64,000 nucleotides of DNA, from positions 1-64,000 of the IMG/VR virus record IMGVR_UViG_3300025536_000010; one strand, given 5' to 3'. Positions 37,125 to 45,891 of the stretch are shown one piece after another. Below the pieces are notes generated by a model, which ran no database searches, was not told the DNA's origin, and saw nothing but the letters and a program-made list of their open reading frames with translations. Each line of letters opens with the position of its first letter. Position 1 is the first letter of the stretch. The position numbers and the translations under genes were made by a program.

Positions 37125-37360
37125 TGCCGGACGACACCACCTGGATTGTGAGCAAGGAACAAAAGGAAGAAGCCGACCGGAGGACTGCGGAGTTCAACGA
37201 CCTGACCAACGCGATCTTCGCGGACCTGGCGGACCAGGAGCGCAGTAAGAAAGCCGTAGAAGCCGTAAACGAGTACACGCGCTCCCTCGTACAGCAAGAA
37301 GATCCTGAGCGGGTAAGTGGTGTCGGCCGTGAGGTAGGCCAGCCAGGGCCTGACAAGTAG
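37124..37360 (+). CDS. Hypothetical protein
   Basis: TAATG coupling. Confidence 0.6.
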   Translation: MPDDTTWIVSKEQKEEADRRTAEFNDLTNAIFADLADQERSKKAVEAVNEYTRSLVQQEDPERVSGVGREVGQPGPDK

Positions 37361-37373
37361 CTGACACGTTCCA

Positions 37374-37625
37374 CGGTCGCCGGAGAGCATACGGAGACCG
37401 CGGGTGCCGCCAGACGAAAGTGCCTCACACTCGGCACCCGGGCAACGGGAGGGGCGGATAAACGCGGTTCCTGCGGTCTGGGCTCCTTCTGCCGTGCCGC
37501 ATCCAGAACCAACCCCGCTCCCGGACAGAGGACAGGAAGTCCGGTGAAGGGTCACGGAGGACGAGAGTCACCTACACCAAACCGGGTGAACCATGCACCC
37601 GGGGGCGGCTCAGAGCCTTGGTGCT
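37374..37625 (+). ncRNA. Candidate structured RNA rich in GGA motifs (CsrB/RsmZ-like sponge?)
   Basis: Nine GGA in 37382-37561; stems GGGTGCCG/CGGCACCC, CCGGAC/GTCCGG (loop AGAGGACAGGAA), GTC-ACGGAG-GAC, CCGGGTG/CACCCGG. Confidence 0.45.
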
Positions 37626-37626
37626 G

Positions 37627-37655
37627 TTGCCTAGCCCGCTTCAATACAGTATCGT
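37627..37655 (+). promoter_or_regulatory. Sigma70-like promoter upstream of groES
   Basis: TTGCCT-N17-TATCGT. Confidence 0.5.
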
Positions 37656-37678
37656 TCGCCCATGACGATCTACTTACC

Positions 37679-37710
37679 TTCGGTGAACCCGTACAACCGG
37701 GTTCACCGAA
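37679..37710. promoter_or_regulatory. Perfect 13-bp inverted repeat in groES leader
   Basis: TTCGGTGAACCCG-TACAAC-CGGGTTCACCGAA. Confidence 0.7.
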
Positions 37711-37739
37711 TTCATCCACACACCCTGGAGGCGATGCAC

Positions 37740-38141
37740 ATGGCGAAGACGGCTACGACCACGAAAAAGACCGAGGCCCCAACCAAGGCTCCCAAGAATG
37801 CCAAGGCCCTGGCCGAGGCCCTCAACAGCGAACACCCGCTGGCCCGCTGCCACCCGCGCGGCGACCGCGTGGTCATCCGCCGCGACCTGCCCAAGAAGCA
37901 GACCGAAGGCGGCATCCTGCTGCCGGACACAGTCGCCAACGCCAAACAGCAGACCGGCCTGGTCGTCCGCGTCGGCCCCGGCCCGCTAGTCAACGGCGCG
38001 CGTGTGCCGTTGGACTTGGAACCCGGCGACCGCGTCATCATCACCGGCTACGCCGGCCTGGAACTGCGTGACCAGAACACCCGCGAAGGCGACGAGTTCT
38101 GCATGCTCCGCGAAGAGGACGTGCTGGCCAAGCTGTCCTGA
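37740..38141 (+). CDS. groES: Co-chaperonin GroES with N-terminal extension
   Basis: HPRGDRVVI, TEGGILLPD, VVRVGPG, GDRVIITGYAG, LREEDVLAKL. Confidence 0.93.
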   Translation: MAKTATTTKKTEAPTKAPKNAKALAEALNSEHPLARCHPRGDRVVIRRDLPKKQTEGGILLPDTVANAKQQTGLVVRVGPGPLVNGARVPLDLEPGDRVIITGYAGLELRDQNTREGDEFCMLREEDVLAKLS

Positions 38142-38176
38142 TTTTCGGTTCGCCCATTTCACCACGGACTCGCAAC

Positions 38177-38521
38177 ATGGACGAAGTCATTCCTATCCGC
38201 GTGCGCGCCACCAAGCAGATCGACTACTGGTGCGGTGGCCAGTGGCACAGCAGCGGGGTCATGATCCCCGAACATACCATCGGCACGCTCCTCGGTAACT
38301 CCGGGAGTCACCCGTCTACCGGCACGCCGCTCATGGCCGTCCGCTGGGACTACGCCCTGGTGAACGGCGAGCCGAAAAACGGGCACGTCGAGCGCTGTGC
38401 GACTAACGAGATCGCTATCGCTAACGACGCCTCCCCTTTTCTCATCATCGAACAGCGGAAGACGAACGCGCTATTGGAGCGCCTCGTCAATGCTATCGAA
38501 GGATACACGAGCCAACGATGA
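38177..38521 (+). CDS. Hypothetical protein
   Basis: ORF in operon context. Confidence 0.6.
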   Translation: MDEVIPIRVRATKQIDYWCGGQWHSSGVMIPEHTIGTLLGNSGSHPSTGTPLMAVRWDYALVNGEPKNGHVERCATNEIAIANDASPFLIIEQRKTNALLERLVNAIEGYTSQR

Positions 38522-39396
38522 CCATACCAATCGACACGAAACCACGCCCGCCGGACCTGGAGAAGGATCGGTTCCTGCTCGTCCAGGGCGGCGCGCTACC
38601 AGGCCCGGTCAGCCCCTGTCGGCTTGTCTGGCCGTTTATGAACAACGCGATCATCGTTCACACGCTCAGTGTGAGCGGGCTAGCGAAACTCCAGGAAGCC
38701 AAAACGGAAGGGCAGCCGCTCTACCCCAGGGGCAGCATGTTCCGGGTCATGGGCGACATCAACGTCGGCACCATCGACGAGTTGTGCGCCAAGTACCGAA
38801 CGGGTTTAACGAACGCGCTGCGCCAAAGTCTGCTGATCGACGCCGACCCGCAGTACGAGGAGCTTCGCCAGCAGGCTTGGGCAGGCCACCAGCGCTGGCA
38901 GCAGATGTTCGCGGACGCTGGCATCCTGGCCGAGGACGGCAAAAAACCGCGGAACACGGTTCTGGGCAGCGACCTGGTCATGTGCTACGGCACGCCGGAG
39001 TACAACGAGAAATTCGGCGATCTGCGCCGCGAGATGGAGAAAGACAACCCTTGCCCGCTATCCGACGCCCACCGCGATCTGGTCGAGGGTCTGGTGCTGC
39101 TTGGCCTGGGCCGTGAGGGCACCAACGGCATGGACGCCCGCCAAGTCGGGGAGATGTTCATCAAGTACGCCGACTGGAAAGAGGGCTTTAGCCGCGACTA
39201 TTTGTGCGAGCGCGTCAAAGCGTTTTACCGGCAGCACAACCGCGAGCCGACGCGCGTGTACCTTACCGAGAAACAGACGGATCTGGTGCTCAGCTGGTGC
39301 CCCAGACAGGAGGGCGACGAGAAACCGGCGCGAAACGGCTTGACGGTTTTAGGCATCCCGATCACGCCCGACGCGCCCGCTTTCAAACTGGAGTAA
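38518..39396 (+). CDS. Hypothetical protein
   Basis: ATGA overlap; GC3-rich. Confidence 0.7.
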   Translation: MTIPIDTKPRPPDLEKDRFLLVQGGALPGPVSPCRLVWPFMNNAIIVHTLSVSGLAKLQEAKTEGQPLYPRGSMFRVMGDINVGTIDELCAKYRTGLTNALRQSLLIDADPQYEELRQQAWAGHQRWQQMFADAGILAEDGKKPRNTVLGSDLVMCYGTPEYNEKFGDLRREMEKDNPCPLSDAHRDLVEGLVLLGLGREGTNGMDARQVGEMFIKYADWKEGFSRDYLCERVKAFYRQHNREPTRVYLTEKQTDLVLSWCPRQEGDEKPARNGLTVLGIPITPDAPAFKLE

Positions 39397-39400
39397 TACC

Positions 39401-39970
39401 TTGATCGAAGACCTGCTCAAGACCTACGCCTACAAGACGGGCGAGTTCACCCTCGCTTCGGGACAGACGTCCGACGAGTACCTGGACGTCAAGGAAGCCA
39501 TGCACCACCCCTACGCCGCGCGCCGGCTGGTACAGTGCGTGCTGGATGAGTTCGTCGGCACCGAGATCGCCCTGGCCGGCGTGGCGGACGGCAGCATCGC
39601 CATCGCCGCCGTTGCCGTCTACGTTCGCAACTTGTACTCGCCGCAATCGTGTCACCTGCTGACAATCCTCAAGGAGCGCAAGCAACACGGCACCAAACAG
39701 CAGATCGTGGGCCTGGACAACCTCAAGGATTTCAAGAACGACTACAGGTTCGTTGGGATCATTGAGGATGTCTGGACCACGGGCGAGTCGACGGCCAAGG
39801 CGATCCGCGCAGCTCAGGCGGAAGGATTGAACGTACGCCAGTGCGTGGCCGTCGTCGACCGCGAGGCGGGCGCTGTGGCGCGGCTGACGAAAGAGTTCCC
39901 CAAGATTGTCTTCTCCGGCGTTACGACGCTCAAGGCCGTCCGCGACGGCAAGCGCTGGCATGAGGGCTAA
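39401..39970 (+). CDS. pyrE: Orotate phosphoribosyltransferase
   Basis: GEFTLASGQTSDEYLD, RKQHGTKQ, PRPP-binding IEDVWTTGES, AVVDRE; TTG start. Confidence 0.88.
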   Translation: MIEDLLKTYAYKTGEFTLASGQTSDEYLDVKEAMHHPYAARRLVQCVLDEFVGTEIALAGVADGSIAIAAVAVYVRNLYSPQSCHLLTILKERKQHGTKQQIVGLDNLKDFKNDYRFVGIIEDVWTTGESTAKAIRAAQAEGLNVRQCVAVVDREAGAVARLTKEFPKIVFSGVTTLKAVRDGKRWHEG

Positions 39971-39984
39971 AAGCCGTTTTTGAG
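39967..39984 (+). repeat. Dispersed AAAAGCC-nn-TTTT motif copy
   Basis: CTAAAAGCCGTTTTTGAG overlapping the pyrE stop. Confidence 0.7.
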
Positions 39985-39999
39985 AACACCGCTTCACAG

Positions 40000-40035
40000 A
40001 AAACCACCCTCCCTACGGAGAGGCGTGGTTTTTTT
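40000..40035 (+). terminator. Intrinsic terminator
   Basis: AAAACCAC..CTCC-CTAC-GGAG..GTGGTTTT followed by a T run. Confidence 0.7.
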
Positions 40036-40097
40036 CTTAGCTATTAGGTAGACTCGCATTTGATTCAGAGATGTCTCAAAGGCCAGGGAGGGCTACC

Positions 40098-40895
40098 ATG
40101 CCACGGCAGGCACTGTGCGTCGGCGTCAACTACGCCAACACCGAGTTCGAGCTGCGCGGCTGCGTCAACGACGCGAACGACTGGGCGCAGTTTTTCGACA
40201 AGCGCGGCTTCTCCACGTCCGTCCTGACCGAGAACCAGGCGACCCGCCAGAACATGCTCGCGGCGATGGAGAGCCTGGTGCGGCAACTGCAACCGGGTGA
40301 GATCGGGGCGATCCAGTTCAGCGGCCACGGCACCTGGCTGCCCGACCGAGACGGGGACGAACCGGATGGCCGAGACGAGGCCCTGGTGCCGCACGACGTC
40401 ACCGACGACGGCCGCGGCCTCATCATCGACGACGAGTTGCGTGTTATCTTCGGCCGGCTCCGCGAGGGCGCACGGCTCCTGTGGATCTCGGACTGCTGCC
40501 ACTCGGGTACGGCTTTCCGCTTCTTCGGCAACGGTGCCTCCAAACGCCGCGTACGCTTCTTGCCGCCGTCTCACTTCCTGGTCGATACCGGCCTGGTGCG
40601 TCGCATGGAGCGGGCCTACGGTCAACCGCCCAAGCGGACCAACGCAGCTCTACCTGGCGTTCTCCACCTTTCGGGCTGCCGCGATCACGAGTACAGCGCC
40701 GACGCCGAGATCGACGGCCGGTTCAGCGGGGCGTTATCCTACTACGCTTTGCTGGCGTTCAAGCAGGTAGTCCAGCAGAAGGGCACCTACCAGGACGTCC
40801 ACAAACTCGTCCGCCAGTACCTGCCCAGTTGGGACTTCCAGCAGACCCCGCAGCTGAATGGCGCGACGGCCTTGAAACGGACGCCGCTGTTCTAG
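40098..40895 (+). CDS. Metacaspase (peptidase C14)
   Basis: ALCVGVNY, LRGCVNDA, FSGHG (His), DGRDEALVP, SDCCHSG (Cys). Confidence 0.92.
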   Translation: MPRQALCVGVNYANTEFELRGCVNDANDWAQFFDKRGFSTSVLTENQATRQNMLAAMESLVRQLQPGEIGAIQFSGHGTWLPDRDGDEPDGRDEALVPHDVTDDGRGLIIDDELRVIFGRLREGARLLWISDCCHSGTAFRFFGNGASKRRVRFLPPSHFLVDTGLVRRMERAYGQPPKRTNAALPGVLHLSGCRDHEYSADAEIDGRFSGALSYYALLAFKQVVQQKGTYQDVHKLVRQYLPSWDFQQTPQLNGATALKRTPLF

Positions 40896-40928
40896 TACAC
40901 TCAGACCGTCTTGCCTCCTCTGTTCCAG

Positions 40929-40969
40929 CCTCGTCAGTGGGTCCGCCCCGCTGGCGAGGTTTTTCTTTG
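40929..40969 (+). terminator. Intrinsic terminator
   Basis: 13-bp stem CCTCGTCAGTGGG/CCCGCTGGCGAGG followed by TTTTTTCTTT. Confidence 0.8.
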
Positions 40970-41047
40970 CGCCGGGCTAAATAAGCGGTAGGGTTGTGTC
41001 ACAATAAATGATGGGAATCCCTACCCTTTTATCCTGGAGAGCGCTAC

Positions 41048-41296
41048 ATGCCCGGCATCCTACTCTTCGTGGCCAGCAACGATGCCCCCAAGCCTAACAG
41101 GCGCTGCAAGCGCTGCTGCTGTCAGATCGACAAGGGGCTGTTCCTGTGCCTGTCTTGTGAGGAGGTCGTGGCCTACTGGAGTCAGCTGGGCGAGTGTCCT
41201 AACTGCACAGGTCACATCAACCAGGCACGCAAAAGTAAGTTTTGCCCGCACTGCGGCGTGCCTCTGCGTAACCCCAAACCGCGGAAGAAGCAGTAA
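41048..41296 (+). CDS. Zn-ribbon protein
   Basis: Multiple CxxC pairs. Confidence 0.6.
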   Translation: MPGILLFVASNDAPKPNRRCKRCCCQIDKGLFLCLSCEEVVAYWSQLGECPNCTGHINQARKSKFCPHCGVPLRNPKPRKKQ

Positions 41297-41332
41297 CTTT
41301 TCCCTGTTCCGTGTTCCCGAAAGGAGCGGTCG

Positions 41333-42340
41333 ATGTTTGACAACATGAGGCGCGTTCTGTGCGCGACCCACGACGGCATCTTCCACGCAGATGACGTTGT
41401 GTCTTTTGCCTTGTTGACGCTGCTGCACAGGTTTCTGCCGGGCTTCCCCACGCCGCAGCTAACCCGCACCCGCGACCCGAAAGTGCTGGGCGAGCAGCAC
41501 ATCGTTTTCGACGTCGGCGGGGAATATGAAGTCGTCCGCGCGCACAACGTCTACCGTCTCGATCATCATCAGCGCGGCGGCGCCGGGTTGCGGCCTAACG
41601 GCGTACCCTACGCCGCAGCGGGGCTGATGTGGAAGACGTTCGGCCTCGAACTCTGTGGGGCAATGGCTGCGGAGCACGCCCTGTCCGTGCTGCACGACAA
41701 CGCCGTGTTCGAGAAGTTCGATCAGCAGTTCATTCAGCCGATTGACGCGAACGACTGCGGCTTCGAGATGGCCAGGGACTGGGAAGTACCGACGCTGCGC
41801 CCGCTTACGCTCAGCAGCATCATCTCTGGGTTCAACCCACGTTGGGATGAGGACATGTCGGCCGCCGAATCGCTGCGCAGGTTTGGCGCGGCAGCACAGG
41901 TGGCGCGTACGAGCATCGAACACGCGCTGGGCGGCATGCTGGCGGCGAAGAAGGCTGCGGACATCGTCCGCGACAGCGACCGCGTTTTCGCTGACAAGGT
42001 ACTGGCGCTTGGGCGTTTTTGTCCGTGGACCGAAGCCGTCCTGGAGAACGTAACCATGACCGACATCTTGTACGTCGTCTACAAACAGCCGGGCGAGGGG
42101 CAGCCGACCTGGATGGTTCAGTGCGTGCCGTGCTCGCTGGGCTCGTTCAGCAAGCGGAAGGCCCTGCCCGAGCCGTGGGCTGGGCTCCGCAGCAAGGAGG
42201 AGACGAAGGGCGACGGCCCGACCATCGAGGCCGTCAGCGGTGTCGCGGACGCCGTTTTCTGTCATCCAGGCCGCTTTATCTGCGGTGCGAAGTCCAAGGC
42301 CGGCGCTCTCAAGCTCGCTGAGATCGCGGTTATGACGTAA
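41333..42340 (+). CDS. MYG1-family (DHH-like) exonuclease
   Basis: THDGIFHADD, FDVGG, DHHQ, AAGLMWK, IDANDCG, FCHPGRF. Confidence 0.9.
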   Translation: MFDNMRRVLCATHDGIFHADDVVSFALLTLLHRFLPGFPTPQLTRTRDPKVLGEQHIVFDVGGEYEVVRAHNVYRLDHHQRGGAGLRPNGVPYAAAGLMWKTFGLELCGAMAAEHALSVLHDNAVFEKFDQQFIQPIDANDCGFEMARDWEVPTLRPLTLSSIISGFNPRWDEDMSAAESLRRFGAAAQVARTSIEHALGGMLAAKKAADIVRDSDRVFADKVLALGRFCPWTEAVLENVTMTDILYVVYKQPGEGQPTWMVQCVPCSLGSFSKRKALPEPWAGLRSKEETKGDGPTIEAVSGVADAVFCHPGRFICGAKSKAGALKLAEIAVMT

Positions 42341-42379
42341 CCTGCACGAGCCACCCCACCTGCTACGGGGACCGGCTCG

Positions 42380-42434
42380 GCAGGCAGACAACGAGGCGCT
42401 TCATGCGCCCTTAGTTGTCTGCCTGCTTTTCTTT
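42380..42434 (+). terminator. Intrinsic terminator
   Basis: GCAGGCAGACAAC/GTTGTCTGCCTGC perfect 13 bp plus inner stem, followed by TTTTCTTT. Confidence 0.8.
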
Positions 42435-42497
42435 ACCCATCACCCGGATTTGAGTACCATCGAAGTAGTGACCACCCCACTTCCTATGGAGATCCCG

Positions 42498-43124
42498 ATG
42501 GTCATGGAACGACCGCTACGGGAGTTTTTGGCGGCAGTCGACAGTCGGAAGCCATTCGCACTGAGCCGCTGGGGGGAGCACGAATGGCACTGCATCTTCG
42601 GCGAGCGAAACGGCTTCATTCCGCCAGACGGGCACGGGTATTTCCCGGCCCTCTGCCGCGACCTGACGGCCGTGCTGCATAGTCGACCAGATTACCGCCT
42701 GGGTATCCCTGCCGAAGCCTACAGCGACCGGGTGCGCAGCTATATCGACGGCTGCGCTCTGGACGATCTGGATTGGCAAGTCGACGTCCTCAAACTCACA
42801 CACGTCGATCAACTGTTAGGGCTGGTCGGGGCCGTATCGCGCGTGCCCCTGTTGGTGGTCGGCCCGCCGCGCCTGCGTAAGTCAAAAGCGCTCCTGCGCT
42901 GGCGGGCCTTCGTAGACGTGCCGCCGCGGAACTCGTACTTGTGCCGCGACGACATAGTTCGTAACGTGTTGGCTGCTTTGGAGGACTTCAAGGTGCCCGC
43001 TCTGGTATCGGTATCGGCCGGTGTCACGGCACCGCTAATCATCAACGACCTCGCCCGTCGTCCCGGAGGCTGCCGGCATCAGCTGGTCGACTTCGGCTCG
43101 CTCTGGGAGTCCTTCGGCGGCTAA
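42498..43124 (+). CDS. GT-D fold (DUF1792-like) glycosyltransferase-like protein
   Basis: KPFALSRWGEHE, LLVVGP, VSAG..A..II, LVDFGS. Confidence 0.55.
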   Translation: MVMERPLREFLAAVDSRKPFALSRWGEHEWHCIFGERNGFIPPDGHGYFPALCRDLTAVLHSRPDYRLGIPAEAYSDRVRSYIDGCALDDLDWQVDVLKLTHVDQLLGLVGAVSRVPLLVVGPPRLRKSKALLRWRAFVDVPPRNSYLCRDDIVRNVLAALEDFKVPALVSVSAGVTAPLIINDLARRPGGCRHQLVDFGSLWESFGG

Positions 43125-43141
43125 GCAAGGAGGTGTGCGTA

Positions 43142-43324
43142 ATGACCGATCAAGTCCCGCTGGCGGACGTGATTAACCTACTCTGGCGACAGGGACAGAA
43201 ACGGGTCGAGAACAACCAAGCGAAGACCAAGGACGGGGCGGCCGAGCCGACGTGGCCCACGCCCGCCGACCCACCAACCGTTATCACCCGGCCGGAGCAT
43301 CGCCCAAAGGTGCAAGGCACATGA
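43142..43324 (+). CDS. Small hypothetical protein
   Basis: RBS AAGGAGG. Confidence 0.55.
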   Translation: MTDQVPLADVINLLWRQGQKRVENNQAKTKDGAAEPTWPTPADPPTVITRPEHRPKVQGT

Positions 43325-43632
43325 ACGACAGGAAGTTCAAAAAGTCGCTGGCCAACCCGAACTCTTACGGGAACCGGAAGGCCGCGAAGAAGGCCGCCAA
43401 GCAGGACGCGAAACGGGAGAAGAAGGAGCTTCGCAAAACCTACCCCGGGTGGTTCAAGGTAACCGGCCAGGCCATCTGCGGGTGTTGCGAGGCCGTCCTC
43501 TACTACGAAACCCGCGCTCGGGCCGAGGCCGCGTGCAAGAAAGTCACCAACAAGCACGCGCTCATGGTAGACGACGCCGGGAACGAAGAGATGGTGGACG
43601 GCTTTTACGGTTTCACAGTGGAGCAAGTATGA
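43321..43632 (+). CDS. Basic hypothetical protein
   Basis: ATGA overlap; Lys-rich; CGCC motif. Confidence 0.6.
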   Translation: MNDRKFKKSLANPNSYGNRKAAKKAAKQDAKREKKELRKTYPGWFKVTGQAICGCCEAVLYYETRARAEAACKKVTNKHALMVDDAGNEEMVDGFYGFTVEQV

Positions 43633-44279
43633 GCAAGATTATCGTCGCCCTGGACGGCATGACCTGGAGCAAGAGCCTGCACATGGCCATGCAACTCAAG
43701 GAGTGCGTCTGGGGGTTCAAGCTGAACGACCTCCTGCTGGAGTATGGCGTCAGCGCCGTCCGGGAGTTCAAAAAAGTCGGGCCGGTCATGGCCGACCCCA
43801 AACTCCACGATATTCCCAACACGGTCGGTAACGGCGTCCGCCGGCTGCACGCGGCCGGTGCCGACCTCATCACGGTCCATGCCTCCGGCGGCCTGGACAT
43901 GCTCACCAACGCGGTTGCCCTGGCCGGCGAGGCGAAGATCCTGGCGGTCACCGTACTGACCAGCCTGAACGACCACGGCTGCGAGTACAGCTACGGCGGC
44001 AACGTCCGCAACACGGTTCGCCGGTTTATGGACCTGGCCAACCGCGCCGGCGTCGCAGGCGTAGTCTGCTCGCCGCAGGAGGAAGACCTGGCCGCCGAGG
44101 TGCCGAATCTCATCAAGGTAGTCCCCGGCATCCGCCTACCCGATCAGCGCGTCGACGACCAGGCACGCACCGGGCTGCCGAAGTGGGCCAACTACGTCGT
44201 GGTTGGTCGACCCATCACGCAGGCCGCGGACCCCATCGCCGCGGCGCACGAGATCAACAAGGCCCTGGAGGCAGCATGA
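43629..44279 (+). CDS. pyrF: Orotidine-5'-phosphate decarboxylase
   Basis: IVALD, DPKLHDIPNT signature, TVHASGG, AVTVLTS, VVCS, VPGIR, VVGRPIT. Confidence 0.95.
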   Translation: MSKIIVALDGMTWSKSLHMAMQLKECVWGFKLNDLLLEYGVSAVREFKKVGPVMADPKLHDIPNTVGNGVRRLHAAGADLITVHASGGLDMLTNAVALAGEAKILAVTVLTSLNDHGCEYSYGGNVRNTVRRFMDLANRAGVAGVVCSPQEEDLAAEVPNLIKVVPGIRLPDQRVDDQARTGLPKWANYVVVGRPITQAADPIAAAHEINKALEAA

Positions 44280-45460
44280 AGAAGCTCGACCCAGACACCC
44301 TGCCGGAGACGTTCGAGATCCCGGCCATGTTCGATGCCCACGTTCACTTCCGCGAACGCGAGGCGCTTTACGTCCTGGTCCCGCAAACCGCCCGGGTGTG
44401 CGACCGCGCGCTGGTGATGCCCAACACCAGCACGCCCATTACCGATGGCAGGCTCGCCAAGACCTACCGCGAGTGCATCGTGCAGGTTGCCGAGGAGGCC
44501 GGCTTCCCGGACTTCAACCCGCTGATGACGCTCTACCTGGAACCGGACACGCCTTACCGAACGATCCAGGAGGCCGTCCGGCTGTGCGGTAAGCACCTGG
44601 CCGGCGTGAAAATCTACCCCAAGGGCGGCACGACCAACAGCGACAAGGGCATCCCTATCGACTGGCTGTACAAGCCTGGCGTGCAGGACCACGTCAACTC
44701 GATGCCGCCCTGGCTCCGCGATACCTTGAAAGCCATCGCGGGCGAGGGCCTGGTACTCAACGTCCACGGCGAAGACCCCGAACAGGAACTGCTCGAACGC
44801 GAAGGTAAGTTCATGTGGTCGGGGTTCGCCGAGTGGTATCTGGAGACGCACAAGGGAGCCCGCCTGGTCCTGGAGCATGTATCAACCGACTCGGGCTTGG
44901 ACCTGGTTGACCGTCTGGCCAAGAAAGGGCACCAGATCGCGGCGTCTCTAACGCTGCACCACTGCTACGACACTGTCGACAACGCTTATCGACAGTGCCA
45001 CAACTGCTGCTGGCCGCCGCCGAACTACCGCCGACATCGGGACGCGGTGCGGGCCAAGGCCCAGTGCGCCTTTACGGTCAACCCCACAGACGCGCTCGTG
45101 TTCCTGGGGAGCGATACGGCCGCGCACACGGTCGCGTCCAAAGAGCGAGCCGTTTGTGCCTGCGGCGACTATACGGCGCCGCTGCTGGCCGAGAAGTTGG
45201 CTGAGATGTTCGCCGAGCCGTCGTGGATCGACATGGGCCGGACGCTGCCGTCGCATGAGCGGCGGATGACCGTGTTCACCAGCACCAATGCCGCGGCGTT
45301 CTACAACGTCGAGGGCTCAGGACGGAAAATCCACCTGGTCAAGCGCCCGTGGACCGTACCACAACGGATGCACGGCGTCGTGCCGTGGCAAGCAGGCAAG
45401 GAAGTGCTGTATCGCGTGGAAGGAGAACCGCGATGGCTCAAGACGGGGGACTGGTTATGA
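44276..45460 (+). CDS. pyrC: Dihydroorotase (type II)
   Basis: DAHVHFR, VMPN, VKIYPKGGTTNS, VHGE, EHVST, GSDTAAH. Confidence 0.92.
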   Translation: MKKLDPDTLPETFEIPAMFDAHVHFREREALYVLVPQTARVCDRALVMPNTSTPITDGRLAKTYRECIVQVAEEAGFPDFNPLMTLYLEPDTPYRTIQEAVRLCGKHLAGVKIYPKGGTTNSDKGIPIDWLYKPGVQDHVNSMPPWLRDTLKAIAGEGLVLNVHGEDPEQELLEREGKFMWSGFAEWYLETHKGARLVLEHVSTDSGLDLVDRLAKKGHQIAASLTLHHCYDTVDNAYRQCHNCCWPPPNYRRHRDAVRAKAQCAFTVNPTDALVFLGSDTAAHTVASKERAVCACGDYTAPLLAEKLAEMFAEPSWIDMGRTLPSHERRMTVFTSTNAAAFYNVEGSGRKIHLVKRPWTVPQRMHGVVPWQAGKEVLYRVEGEPRWLKTGDWL

Positions 45461-45804
45461 AAGCCGTCCAGGACGAACTCGACAAGGGCATGGCGCGTCT
45501 GTTGAGTGATGCCGGCATCGACCCGGAAGACCGCGACATGGTCAGTGAGGCCGCTGCGGCTTTGCGGGAGTACGAGCGGCGGGAGGCGTACTGGGGGCAG
45601 TTCGCTGGGCGGGCGCAGCCAATGCCGGACATCACCAAGCTAACGACGGACATAAAACAGCTGTGCCAGCGCCTGTCTGCGGTGCTCGGTGTCACCCTAC
45701 CGCGGAACCCGTTTTTCGACACGCAACTGGGCGAGTCCCACGTTCCAAAAAACGGCTTTGAGGAGTGCGATACCCCCGTTGTTGTGACCGTGGAAAAATC
45801 TTGA
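45457..45804 (+). CDS. Hypothetical protein
   Basis: ATGA overlap. Confidence 0.6.
   Translation: MKAVQDELDKGMARLLSDAGIDPEDRDMVSEAAAALREYERREAYWGQFAGRAQPMPDITKLTTDIKQLCQRLSAVLGVTLPRNPFFDTQLGESHVPKNGFEECDTPVVVTVEKS
45745..45762 (-). repeat. Dispersed motif copy inside CDS (reverse orientation)
   Basis: Reverse complement CTCAAAGCCGTTTTTTGG. Confidence 0.5.
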
Positions 45805-45823
45805 AAATCTTTGAACCCGGTGC

Positions 45824-45852
45824 TTGACAGGGGTCAAACCCTGGCATAACCT
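45824..45852 (+). promoter_or_regulatory. Sigma70 promoter
   Basis: TTGACA-N17-TAACCT with AT-rich upstream tract. Confidence 0.75.
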
Positions 45853-45891
45853 ATCATCTGGTGCGACTGACTGGGCGACGGTTGCGCCGGA

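Noticed and set aside
37416-37544. RNase P-like words GAAAGTGCC (37416) and GGAAGTCCGG (37535); also GAGGAAATACC near 55439
   Set aside because: Order is reversed relative to RNase P RNA, and the conserved 3' ACAnAAnnCGGCUUA element is absent.
37679-37710. CIRCE operator before groES
   Set aside because: Does not match TTAGCACTC-N9-GAGTGCTAA; kept only as an unassigned inverted repeat.
41230-41246. CAAAAGTAAGTTTTGCC as a further copy of the dispersed motif
   Set aside because: Lacks the central GCC and can be explained by the encoded RKSKFC; not counted.
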